In this document: one piece after another, positions 1 to 10,471 of the stretch
How positions within the stretch are numbered: position 1 is the first letter of the stretch
How the letters are laid out: each line of letters starts with the position of its first letter
Source of the DNA: Planctomycetota bacterium
GTDB taxonomy: Bacteria; Planctomycetota; MHYJ01; WSZJ01
Length of the DNA stretch: 64,000 nucleotides
Direction of reading: 5' to 3'
NCBI GenBank assembly: GCA_038060895.1
Contig: JBBTCT010000002.1
Coordinates: 1 to 64,000, forward strand
The notes under the pieces: model-generated
What the model saw: the letters and a program-made list of their open reading frames with translations, nothing else
Databases searched by the model: none
What the model was told of the DNA's origin: nothing
Program-made: the position numbers and the translations under genes

Positions 1-784
1 CGCCCGCATCCTCGAAGACCACGAAGTCGCGCACGAGGTCGAGGAACCGCCGCGGATCGAACAGCCCCTCGATCGTGACCTGCAACTCGGGCATGTGCGC
101 GTTGGCGAGCTTCTCGCCCCTTATCGTCCGCCACGGTTTCATCCACTCCCGCCCGGCCGTCAGCGTCCCAACCCGTGCCTCGACGCCGTCCGAGACCAGC
201 AGCACTTCGTTGAACGCGAAGAGCGTGGGCAGCTCGTCCTTGTAGGTCTGGAGCTGCTGAAACGCCGTCCAGATGGTCGCGTCCTCATCGGCTGCGTTCT
301 TGAGCTCGACCACCGCCAGCGGCAGCCCGTTGACGAACAGCACCACGTCCGGCCGCCGGTTGTGCTTGTTCTCGATGACCGTGAACTGGTTCACCGCGAG
401 CCAGTCGTTGTTTTTCGGATCGTCGAAGTCGAGCACGCGGGCCTGCGCCCCGCGGATCGTGCCATCGGGCGCGCGGTACTCCACCGTCACGCCCTCGACC
501 AGCAGGCGATGCACGACCCGATTGCGCGCAGATAACTCCGCGTCCTCGAGGCGCGTCAGGCGCCGTAAGGCATCCTCCAGCGCCTCGGGGGGTAGAACGG
601 GGTTGAGCCGTGCCAGCGCGTCGCGGAGACGCGCTTCCAAAACCACTCGTGCGTAGTTCGCTCGTTCGGCTCCGACCTCCCCCGGCGCGATCTCGAGGCC
701 CTGCGTGACGCGCCAGTCGAGGCCTTCGAGCCAAGCCAGCGCGGCTTCCTCCACGACGGTCTCCGAGAACCGATCATCGTTCAT
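1..784 (-). CDS. hsdR: Type I restriction endonuclease subunit R, 5' part (runs off window start)
   Basis: Not in the ORF track because it is open-ended. Manual translation from ATG 784 gives [19 protein letters not shown]...[32 protein letters not shown]...AFQQLQTYK, with the HsdR N-terminal nuclease motif PD..ExK..Q...Y. ATGA overlap with the upstream gene. Confidence 0.95.
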   Translation of the reverse strand, partial: MNDDRFSETVVEEAALAWLEGLDWRVTQGLEIAPGEVGAERANYARVVLEARLRDALARLNPVLPPEALEDALRRLTRLEDAELSARNRVVHRLLVEGVTVEYRAPDGTIRGAQARVLDFDDPKNNDWLAVNQFTVIENKHNRRPDVVLFVNGLPLAVVELKNAADEDATIWTAFQQLQTYKDELPTLFAFNEVLLVSDGVEARVGTLTAGREWMKPWRTIRGEKLANAHMPELQVTIEGLFDPRRFLDLVRDFVVFEDAG

Positions 785-1446
785 GGCTCGTTTTGCCCCC
801 CAGTCTCCCACGTCGATTTGTCCGCCGGGCTGCACAACCGCCCCCCAAGATCACGGTAGGCGGCGTGGTCGACAGCGAAAAGCAACTCACTGGCGTAGTA
901 ACTCTGCTCACCGACTTCGATGATCCCGTAGCGCGCATCGATGGCGATGTCGAGAGTCTTCTCCGGAGCGGGGGGTGCTGGAGAATTCTTGGCGACAATC
1001 GCCTTGTCGAGCGCGCTCTCGGCATCGCTGACGTCAAACAAAACTGAGAACACCCAGAGCGCAGCATCTCGAATGATCTTGAGGACGGCCTTCTCGGGCG
1101 TGCCCTTGAGTCCTCCGTGATATTGCTCATTTCGATGATCGTGCGCCCAAATGATCTCTGCCTTGGCGACGACCCACGTGAGGGAGCGTGACGCCAGCTC
1201 GGCTTCGAGGAAGTCAAGTTTCGTGTGGTAGTTATTCAGCCACTTCTCAGCATCGACCTGCGGATAGGACCGCTTGCCGCGTTGGATCGGGTTCAGCGTG
1301 AGGTAAGTCGCGACAGCGACTTCAATGGCGTTGTCGAAACTGATGAGGGCAATTCGCCGGTCGAAGTCGTCCCCGACGCGAAGGTGCCCCTCCGCGTGAA
1401 CAAGCAGTTCAAATGGACCATTTGCCCATGGCGGAAGAGGGCTCAT
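781..1446 (-). CDS. HEPN-like domain protein (putative RNase toxin)
   Basis: 221 aa helical ORF with '[10 protein letters not shown]' and an Rx4H motif (RNEQYH). Translationally coupled to hsdR. Confidence 0.6.
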   Translation of the reverse strand: MSPLPPWANGPFELLVHAEGHLRVGDDFDRRIALISFDNAIEVAVATYLTLNPIQRGKRSYPQVDAEKWLNNYHTKLDFLEAELASRSLTWVVAKAEIIWAHDHRNEQYHGGLKGTPEKAVLKIIRDAALWVFSVLFDVSDAESALDKAIVAKNSPAPPAPEKTLDIAIDARYGIIEVGEQSYYASELLFAVDHAAYRDLGGRLCSPADKSTWETGGQNEP

Positions 1447-1535
1447 CGTCCCCCCTCGGAGATGAGCTCGGGGAACAACCTGTTACCGAGGGTGAACAGA
1501 AGCCGGGTTTCGAAATGCGACATTGGCTCAGGGCC

Positions 1536-2447
1536 TCATGAATCCAGTTTTCGCCGGCTCGCGGCCCGGAAGAGCTCCGGCGAGCCCTTCACCAGGTCAA
1601 GCCCGTACCTACGTCGATCCAAGATTTCGAGAAAGTCCATGATGCGATCGCTTTCCACAATGAGCTTTCCCTTGGACTCTTTGACCTCGACGCCTGTCTT
1701 CTTACAGAGCCGCTTGAGGGCACTCTTGTCGATGTTCTTCGCCTCGTCCTGTCCTCGAATCGATGCCAGGTATCGCGCAGCGCGCGGATGCGCGCTGGCG
1801 AAGACCTGGACCGCCGCGAAATCCACGAATGCCAGATCCTTCTCGATTGCGGCAATGTTCAGGGGGACGGCCTTGAGGATCGCCTCCTGAAGATGACAGG
1901 CGAACTCGAAGCCGCTCGGTCGAAGAATGTGGACGTTCTTGGCATCCACTAGTAGGTCGAAGTCGTTGTCTAGCCTGAACACCCGTTCCTCGATGAGCTG
2001 GAGTGCGTCCGTCACAATTCGCATTAGGCGATGACGGCTCTTCAAAACTCCCTTGAATTGGGTTGACCTGCGCAAGGCGGTGAGGCGACGGCCCTCCTTG
2101 TCCTTCATGCGCACGAAGTAACAGAAGACCGTGTCCGGGTTGGCGAGTGCTTTGGCATCGAGAGGTAGGTTGACCGCCTCATGAAGTTCTCGGATCGATG
2201 CTGCCAAACTGTCGTTCAGAGGCAGGTGCAAGTACTCGGTGCTGCCGTGCTTGTCGGACGGCTCGTACCTCGGCGGATCTTTTGTGTCCCGCTGCATTTC
2301 CTCCCAGGTCGTTGCTACGATTTCGCGCAGGGCCTTCTTCACATCTGGGCCAACGGTCAAGGAGACAAACGTCTGCTTATCTTCCTCATCCCGCCCGACG
2401 CCGAACTCGGTCATGGTCACGTTCTCGAAGTCGAAGTCCAGCTTCAT
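1536..2447 (-). CDS. kwaB: Kiwa anti-phage protein KwaB (DUF4868-like)
   Basis: 303 aa soluble protein ending 'FLEILDRRRY...AASRR', with 'FRLDNDFD...ILRPSGFE'. Directly follows a small multi-TM gene with an ATGA overlap, the Kiwa arrangement. Confidence 0.8.
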   Translation of the reverse strand: MKLDFDFENVTMTEFGVGRDEEDKQTFVSLTVGPDVKKALREIVATTWEEMQRDTKDPPRYEPSDKHGSTEYLHLPLNDSLAASIRELHEAVNLPLDAKALANPDTVFCYFVRMKDKEGRRLTALRRSTQFKGVLKSRHRLMRIVTDALQLIEERVFRLDNDFDLLVDAKNVHILRPSGFEFACHLQEAILKAVPLNIAAIEKDLAFVDFAAVQVFASAHPRAARYLASIRGQDEAKNIDKSALKRLCKKTGVEVKESKGKLIVESDRIMDFLEILDRRRYGLDLVKGSPELFRAASRRKLDS

Positions 2448-3019
2448 TTGTCGATCTCCAAGTACACCGTGTCGCTCAGCCGGTAGGCGGTGATGAGTTC
2501 TCCGGATGTCAGGCTCGCTCGGTGGGTGATGAGCGCGAACCTCGCTCTTCCGCTGAGCGGATTGCCGTCACTTGGTGGATACACGGTGAACACTCGGTAG
2601 CCGCGCACAGCGAAAAGCAGGTTCATGTAGTGGAGGTTGAGATGCCAGAACAGGAAGACAATGAACGCCAGAGCTGCCACCGTGGCGCCGAAGTAGCGCC
2701 AGCTCGCGACGTCTTGGCGGTAGAACGGAAGGAGAATGGCGAAGAGGTATGCCAGGATGTGGTCGCGGTGATCATCCGCCTTTCCGACCGTAAGTTCCCG
2801 GGTCTCTTGAAGCTTTCTCGCGATGCAAAGACGCAGCCACAGGAACCCGTTGGGCGCGACGACCATCAGCGCGCAGGCCGAAATTAGGTAGCGGTCAGGG
2901 ATGAGGTTGTTTCCACGAATTGCCCAAAGGATGAAGAGCGGTGAAATGCTGCTCAACACCATCAGAAGGCGCGCGATCTTGAGCCCTTCGTGAGGGCGTC
3001 CCGCAGGAGCGTGCGCCAT
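2444..3019 (-). CDS. kwaA: Kiwa anti-phage membrane protein KwaA
   Basis: About 4 TM segments with 'LSSISPLFIL', 'LAYLFAILLPF' and 'YMNLLFAVRGYRVF'. ATG 3019 overlaps the hsdS stop; GTG 3022 is an alternative start. Confidence 0.8.
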   Translation of the reverse strand: MAHAPAGRPHEGLKIARLLMVLSSISPLFILWAIRGNNLIPDRYLISACALMVVAPNGFLWLRLCIARKLQETRELTVGKADDHRDHILAYLFAILLPFYRQDVASWRYFGATVAALAFIVFLFWHLNLHYMNLLFAVRGYRVFTVYPPSDGNPLSGRARFALITHRASLTSGELITAYRLSDTVYLEIDK

Positions 3020-4372
3020 CACGCAGGCCCTCCGAGAAACGCTGCGGAGTTCTTCACGTGCAGTTGGCCGGAGACAAGCTTGGGAAGCAGCGCATCGCGC
3101 AGGGCCGCGAGACTGAGGGTGCTAAGGCAGCAGGTTTTGATGCGATCGAATATCGGGCGCGCCACAGCAAGGTAAGACGCAATCGCATTCGCAGTTGGAC
3201 AAAGTAGGGGCAGGTCGTTGACGTTGTTCTTATTGATGTGCTGTTGAGCGCCGCCTGTCTGCCCCGCGATCAAGGGAGTAATGTTTTCCTTCACCCAGAA
3301 GTAAACGTACTCGTTCGGTAATGTGTCGGAACCAATGACCCCGACAACCGACTGATTCGCACAGGTCTCGATCTCAGTGAGACTGACCTGCCCGAGGGTG
3401 GCGCCGGTAATGGCGATGACCGTTGTGCGCAAAGGAAGCGATTTCGTGGCTGAGCACTCGAGGCCTTTCCGGGTGATGAATTCGCTCGGTTCGACGATGC
3501 GAAATTCATTCGCTTTTCCGGAGTTGATCCAGGGAATGTCACCCCCCCAGTAAGACGGCTCGTCGCGAGATGGGGTTCCGCCGAGTAGCGTCATGGCTTC
3601 TCGCCCAATCGTCGATTTTCTCCACCCCCGCGGAATGTCGCCCAACTCCGAGTCCTCGAAGGAATCCGGGAACAGGTCGGCGATGGGCTGGGGCAGGCCG
3701 GGGTTGCGGCCTTCGGCCTTGGCACGGACGGGGTCGAAGTCCACGAACCACGACTTGAAGAGCGCCCGCGCCATCGCCTCCAGCGTCTCGTTCATCCGCC
3801 GGTTCAGTTCGATCTTGTCGTCCAGCGTGCCGAGGATGTGGGCGATGGCGCGTTGTTCGAGAAGTGGCGGGAGGAGAACTGGAAGTGCACGAATCGTCGG
3901 GAGATTGAGTCGTTCAGCTACGGTCCCGTCCCGGTAGCCGTGAATGTGCGACGCCATGATCGGCGAGTTAAGCCAACGACTAAGGAATCGAAAGTCAACC
4001 ACCCCGGGCTTCGGCCGGATCAAGACCATCCTCTGACCGAGACATAGCCGAGTCTGCTCCGGCACCTCCGCCGCAATTCCGAAGTAAGTGCCCTCGCGGC
4101 TGTACAGGAGGTCACCCCGCGCGGGAACGACTCTCGACGTACGTTCCTTGTACGTCTCCTCGGAGACGCGTGCCGCCTTCTCCGTTCGAAATACACCCGT
4201 GATGATGTCCTGACTACGAACGACGAATGGGCCGGCATCAACCAGGCATGGCGTGGAGTGGGGGCAATCGAACACGCCGTCACATGCGTCATCTAGCCTC
4301 CGCCACGTCCACCCAGGCGGCAGGTTGGCGAATCTCGACGGCAGGTGCAGCGGCTTGTTTTCGAGAACAGCG

Positions 4373-4383
<11 letters not shown>
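3019..4383 (-). CDS. hsdS: Type I R-M specificity subunit S
   Basis: Two TRDs joined by the conserved '[43 protein letters not shown]' spacer. C-terminal '[12 protein letters not shown]'. Confidence 0.95.
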
Positions 4384-5977
<1,594 letters not shown>

Positions 5978-6065
5978 GACCTGCCTCCTGTGACCAGCAC
6001 ACTCGTTCCGATTTCACGGGGCATTTGTGTACGCACAGGACTCCGCGTCGCCCCAAAGCACGATC

Positions 6066-6539
6066 TCAGAGAATCCTTCCGCCGCGGGGAGCAATTTGTG
6101 CCTTGGCAATGTTTGCCGAGGTGTCCGGCTTCTTGTGTGCAAGCACCTTGATCCAGTATGGGCTCCGGCCCTCGGTCAGGTAGGCGGTGACCTTGTAGAC
6201 CAATCCACCCACGATGATGTCGGTCTGGCCCTCTCTCGTCGGATACCCCTTTTGCGACGGGCGCGTCTTGCTCATCGGGATGATTGCGCCTTCGATTCGA
6301 ATAAACGTAGCGAGCCCGTCTGGTAGCGGAACCCCGTTCTGCGCGTAGTCGTAGAACGCGTTTCCTGCTTTGCTTTCCTTGATCTCCACGGCCACCCGAA
6401 ACGGTCGCTGAATGTTGGAGGAAGCGAGGCCGGTCGAGGTGAGAAACGCGGTGCCAAGGTCGACTAGTCGTACCGGACTTCCGTCCGCTCTCAAGAACTC
6501 AACCGTGATCGATTCGGGCGCAGCAGACTGCTTGGGCAT
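6066..6539 (-). CDS. Hypothetical beta-rich protein upstream of hsdM
   Basis: Clean ORF with a GAGGAG RBS before ATG 6539; no family recognised. Confidence 0.6.
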   Translation of the reverse strand: MPKQSAAPESITVEFLRADGSPVRLVDLGTAFLTSTGLASSNIQRPFRVAVEIKESKAGNAFYDYAQNGVPLPDGLATFIRIEGAIIPMSKTRPSQKGYPTREGQTDIIVGGLVYKVTAYLTEGRSPYWIKVLAHKKPDTSANIAKAQIAPRGGRIL

Positions 6540-6850
6540 TACAAAGCTCCTCACTCGAAACTCATCGCCCTCACTAACGCCACACCTACCCGGTCCGACA
6601 GACTACCAGACTCGGGGTGGAAACGAAGCAGGCCAGCACTCGCATACCGGCCGATCGAATTCTCTTCACGGAGTCCAGGCGAGCTCCCGACCTCCCCGAG
6701 GATCGCCGCCCCGTGCCTCCACACCACCCGCGCTTCTCCCCCCCCTCCCCGATTCCGCCAGCAGCAGTCCCCACCCGCACGTCCGGAGCCCCTCGGCGCC
6801 GCGGCCGCGCACGTCGCGGAGCTCCGCTTCCGCCGGCCGGCCCGCGCGAA

Positions 6851-7810
6851 CTACTCCTTCAGCCACCGCATCCGGGTCACCACGGCCCCGGCGACATCGT
6901 TGTCGAGGTCCCAGGGTTGAAGCTCTTGCGCCCATGAATCTTCGGGGGCGAGGGTCGAGTCCTCGGGCCTGCCTGGCTGGGCGATGCGGTAGGTGCGGAC
7001 CGCGACGCGCAGGGGCGGGGCGTCGTCCGGCCAGGGCGGCGGCGGCGGGGGGTCGATGCCGAACCCGGCGTCGGCATCTTTGACGGCGCGGCGCAACCAG
7101 TCGGGGCCGAAGCGACCGAAGAGGTCGTTGCCGAAGAGGGTCCAGCCGTCCGCTTCCGGCTTGAAGATGTGCCAGCGGGCGATGCCCTTGATGCCGGCGA
7201 TCCGGCGCCACTCGCCGAAGAGGGCGCGCTCGCTGGGCCTGGCGCCAAGGGAGGCGAGGGCGAGGGGGACGTTCGCGGGGTCGGGCGGCGGCAGGGGGGC
7301 GTCTCCCGCCGGCATGCGAAGCACCCGGGCGCCCATGGCCGCGGCTTCCTCGTCGGTCATGGTGAGCGGCGCTTCCTCCCTCGGCAGCCAGGGGCGGACG
7401 CGGTGGACCTCGGCCAGGCAGGCGGCGAGCGCTTCCTCGCGCGTCGATCCTCCCGCCGCGGCTTCGCCGGAGAGGGCATCCGCCGCCGCGAACCAGGCGT
7501 CCGCGGGGATCCGGTTCTCAAAGAGGGCCCGGCCGAGGTGCCGGCGGCCGAGGAACCAGAGCCACTCGAGCAGCGGCCACGGCGCGACCCGCTCCGCGGC
7601 GTCCGCGTCCCTTCGGAACAGCTTGAGCCGGCTGCCGCCCCCGGGCTCCCCTGAGCGAGCGGAGCGAGTCGAAGTGGCGCGCTCGACCCAGGCGGCGCTT
7701 CCCATGAGGTCCGCCACCTGCTCGAACAGCATCTCCGCGTGCAGGCGCGTCGGCAGCGCGTCGCGGATGGCGTGGACGATGCGGAAGCGGGCGGCTTCTT
7801 CGGGGAGCAT
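6851..7810 (-). CDS. Hypothetical protein
   Basis: 319 aa ORF with plausible composition, collinear with flanking minus-strand genes. Confidence 0.55.
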   Translation of the reverse strand: MLPEEAARFRIVHAIRDALPTRLHAEMLFEQVADLMGSAAWVERATSTRSARSGEPGGGSRLKLFRRDADAAERVAPWPLLEWLWFLGRRHLGRALFENRIPADAWFAAADALSGEAAAGGSTREEALAACLAEVHRVRPWLPREEAPLTMTDEEAAAMGARVLRMPAGDAPLPPPDPANVPLALASLGARPSERALFGEWRRIAGIKGIARWHIFKPEADGWTLFGNDLFGRFGPDWLRRAVKDADAGFGIDPPPPPPWPDDAPPLRVAVRTYRIAQPGRPEDSTLAPEDSWAQELQPWDLDNDVAGAVVTRMRWLKE

Positions 7811-7851
7811 GGTCTTACCCTACCACCGTGCCAGTGGGCTCCTGTTCTTGC

Positions 7852-8169
7852 TCACGAGCCGTCCGCCCAGTATCGGTACGCCTCGACCCATTCCCACCCT
7901 TCGGGGACCGGGGACGGCCTCGGGAGGTCCATGACGCGCACGCGCAGTCGCTCGCGGCCGCGGAGGCAGACAAACACGAGGTCGGGGCGCTCGGCGACTT
8001 CCACGTCGATGACGGCGGCCGGGGCGCCGAGGAGAATCGCGCGGAACGGATAGGCCAGGTCGTTGCCGAGGATCGTGAAAAACTCCGCGAGCTGCTCGAT
8101 CTCGTCATGGGCGCCGGCGGTGGCTTTCGCGACGAGGCGTTTCAGGTCGGATTTCGAGAGGCGCTTCAC
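7852..8169 (-). CDS. CcbP-like 'calcium-binding' family small protein
   Basis: GTG 8169 overlaps the macro gene stop. Pattern 'ATAGAHDEIEQ..F...L...LAYPF....LG...EWVEAYRYW'. Confidence 0.6.
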   Translation of the reverse strand: MKRLSKSDLKRLVAKATAGAHDEIEQLAEFFTILGNDLAYPFRAILLGAPAAVIDVEVAERPDLVFVCLRGRERLRVRVMDLPRPSPVPEGWEWVEAYRYWADGS

Positions 8170-8627
8170 GGGGGCATCGTAGCGAACACCATGACTCGAA
8201 CATCGGGCAAGTCCTTCAGGGCGCCCTGGACGAGCGGCTGGACCTCCGACCAGTTCAACCCGCCGTTGCCGCACCCGAGTTGGGGAATGGCGATCGACCG
8301 GATTTCGAGGCGGCGGATCGTCGCGACAAGATCGGCGAGACCGGATTCGATGTCGGCGAGCCGGCTGGGGTCGCGCCAGTGCCCCTTCGTCGGGAAGTGG
8401 ACGATCCAGCGGGGACCATCGACGTGGCGTGGCAATTCGCAAACGAAGACTCGGCCCAGGTGGAGTTCGCCCGCCTTGCAGGCGCTTTCGTAGGCCTTGA
8501 AGACGTCGGGGTACGCATTCTTGAATTGGAGGGCGATTCCCTTGCCCATGACGCCGACGATGTTGACGGCATTCACGAGAGCTTCGGCTTTCGCAGCGAG
8601 CAGGTCGCCGTACACGTACTCCAGCAT
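8166..8627 (-). CDS. Stand-alone macro domain protein (DarG N-terminal-like ADP-ribose hydrolase)
   Basis: GDLL...LVNAVN..GVMGKGIALQFK...FPTK.HW...SIAIPQLGCGNGGLNW. Confidence 0.9.
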   Translation of the reverse strand: MLEYVYGDLLAAKAEALVNAVNIVGVMGKGIALQFKNAYPDVFKAYESACKAGELHLGRVFVCELPRHVDGPRWIVHFPTKGHWRDPSRLADIESGLADLVATIRRLEIRSIAIPQLGCGNGGLNWSEVQPLVQGALKDLPDVRVMVFATMPP

Positions 8628-8674
8628 GGTTCCTCATTGCAGCCGGGGAATACAAACATAATACTGAAATTAAC

Positions 8675-8702
8675 TTGACATAGCACTAACATAGCGTATG
8701 AT
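8675..8702 (+). promoter_or_regulatory. sigma70-type promoter with overlapping direct repeat
   Basis: TTGACA (8675-8680), 16 nt, TATGAT (8697-8702) in an AT-rich divergent gap. ACATAGC occurs twice, 11 bp apart. Confidence 0.6.
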
Positions 8703-8869
8703 TCAAGGGTTGCCCGCAGGCACCTGTTCGCGAGGCTTACTGCTGAAATTCTCCTGCGGGTTCTCGCGCCTTCCGATTCGCAGCCGCTCGCCTCGATCGT
8801 TTTCCGTCAGCGGCCTGCCACTCTTCGACCCGTCTTGCGCAGGCGGGAACTCGCACCGCGAGCGCTTCC

Positions 8870-10345
8870 ATGCCTCCAAGTCCCCACTCACTGACGATTC
8901 CGAATCTTCAGGCGCTTGTCGCGAAGGGAGAAGGGCCGACCCTCGAGTTCAAGAAGTCGACGGGAGAAATGAAGGAAGCCATGCAGTCGCTTTGCGCCTT
9001 CCTGAACGGACAGGGCGGGGCTGCGCTGTTCGGCGTTGCGCCCGATGGAACGCTTCGCGGCCAGCAGGTCTCCGACGGCACCCTCCGAGACATCGCGCAG
9101 GCGCTGGACCGGTTCGAACCGCCGGCGAGCATCCCGATCGAGCGAGTCACGCTGCTTTCGGGGGCTGAGGTTGTCGCCCTCGTCGCGCCCGCACTCGCGG
9201 ATTCGATTCCGTTCACGTGGGACGACCGACCCTACGAGCGGGTGGCCAGCACGACGCGCCGGATGCCGCAGGAATCCTACGAACGACTCCTGCTCGCGCG
9301 CGCACACAGCCGGCGGCGGTGGGAGAACCAGCTCGCCGACGAACTCACCACCAAGGACATCGACCGCGACGAACTGTTCCGCATCGTCGGGATCGCCCGC
9401 TCTCACGGCCGGCTCTCGGGTCCCGTGGGTCGCAGCACGGCCGAAATTCTGTCCCGTCTGGGTCTCTACCAGGACCGACATCCTCTTCGCGCGGCCGTCG
9501 TCCTCTTCGGCAAGAAATTCCTCCCGGAGTATCCGCAGTGCGAATTGCGCATGGCGCGGTTTCGCGGAACGGACAAGACCGAATTCCTCGACCAGCGCCA
9601 GCTCCGCGGCCCGGCTTTCAAGCTGTTGGAGGAAGCAGAGATTTTCTGCCAGCGGCACTTCCCGATGCCCGCGAAGATCGTCCCGACCCAGATGCGCCGC
9701 GTCGAAAAGCCGCTCATCCCGCCGGACGCGATGCGGGAAATCCTGGTCAACGCGCTGATCCACCGCGACTACACCATCGCGGGCGGTGCGGTCTCGCTGG
9801 CCATCTTCGACGATCGAGTCGAGATCTGGAGCGCGGGAGAATTCCCGAAGGGGATCACGGCCGATGCGCTGTCGAGGAATCATCCTTCGGTTCAACGCAA
9901 TCCCCTGATCGCGGAGGTCTTTCATCGCAGCGGACTGATTGAGAAATGGGGTCGAGGGACCAATCGCGTCATTTCCATGTGCCGGGAAGCCGGGATCGCG
10001 CCGCCGCAATTTGAGGAGATTGCCGGGGCCGCCGTGGTGACGTTCGTGGTTCCGGTTGGCGAGACCCAGCAAGTCACTCCCCAAGTCACCCCCCAAGTCA
10101 CCCCCCAAGTCGCAGCACTGCTGGAAGCCGCATCTTCTGTGGAGTCCTCCCGTGAACACCTTCAGCGCGCTGCCGCCATTCGGGACCGCAAACACTTCCG
10201 CAAGGCCTGGCTGGAACCTCTTCTCCACGCCTGCTGGCTGGAACGGACGATTCCCGACAAGCCGAACAGCCGGCTCCAGAAGTATCGGCTTACTTCCCTT
10301 GGCCGGGCAGCCTTGGAGGAGTGGAGGCGGGGGCGGTCGTCGTGA
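8870..10345 (+). CDS. AlbA_2 (Schlafen-like) + HATPase_c_4 + HTH protein
   Basis: N-terminal 'GEGPTLEFK...LCAFLNGQGG..LFGV', central 'REILVNALIHRDY...RNPLIAEVF...IEKWGRG', C-terminal 'IPDKPNSRLQKYRLT'. Confidence 0.9.
   Translation: MPPSPHSLTIPNLQALVAKGEGPTLEFKKSTGEMKEAMQSLCAFLNGQGGAALFGVAPDGTLRGQQVSDGTLRDIAQALDRFEPPASIPIERVTLLSGAEVVALVAPALADSIPFTWDDRPYERVASTTRRMPQESYERLLLARAHSRRRWENQLADELTTKDIDRDELFRIVGIARSHGRLSGPVGRSTAEILSRLGLYQDRHPLRAAVVLFGKKFLPEYPQCELRMARFRGTDKTEFLDQRQLRGPAFKLLEEAEIFCQRHFPMPAKIVPTQMRRVEKPLIPPDAMREILVNALIHRDYTIAGGAVSLAIFDDRVEIWSAGEFPKGITADALSRNHPSVQRNPLIAEVFHRSGLIEKWGRGTNRVISMCREAGIAPPQFEEIAGAAVVTFVVPVGETQQVTPQVTPQVTPQVAALLEAASSVESSREHLQRAAAIRDRKHFRKAWLEPLLHACWLERTIPDKPNSRLQKYRLTSLGRAALEEWRRGRSS
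10070..10111 (+). repeat. 12-bp in-frame tandem repeat (QVTP x3.5)
   Basis: CAAGTCACYCCC repeated 3.5 times in the linker before the HTH. Confidence 0.9.
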
Positions 10346-10471
10346 TGTTCGGGGTTGAGGGCTGCGCGCTCCAGCTTCCCCAGCCTCGCGTCCTCCACCC
10401 CCGCCCTCCTTTGGCTTGCCCCCGCCCACCCCCGACGCTGAAATGACCGAGTCCCTTTCGCGGAGCCGCCC

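Noticed and set aside
8166-8627. Complete DarTG system
   Set aside because: No DarT-like ORF nearby, and the macro protein lacks the DarG C-terminal domain.
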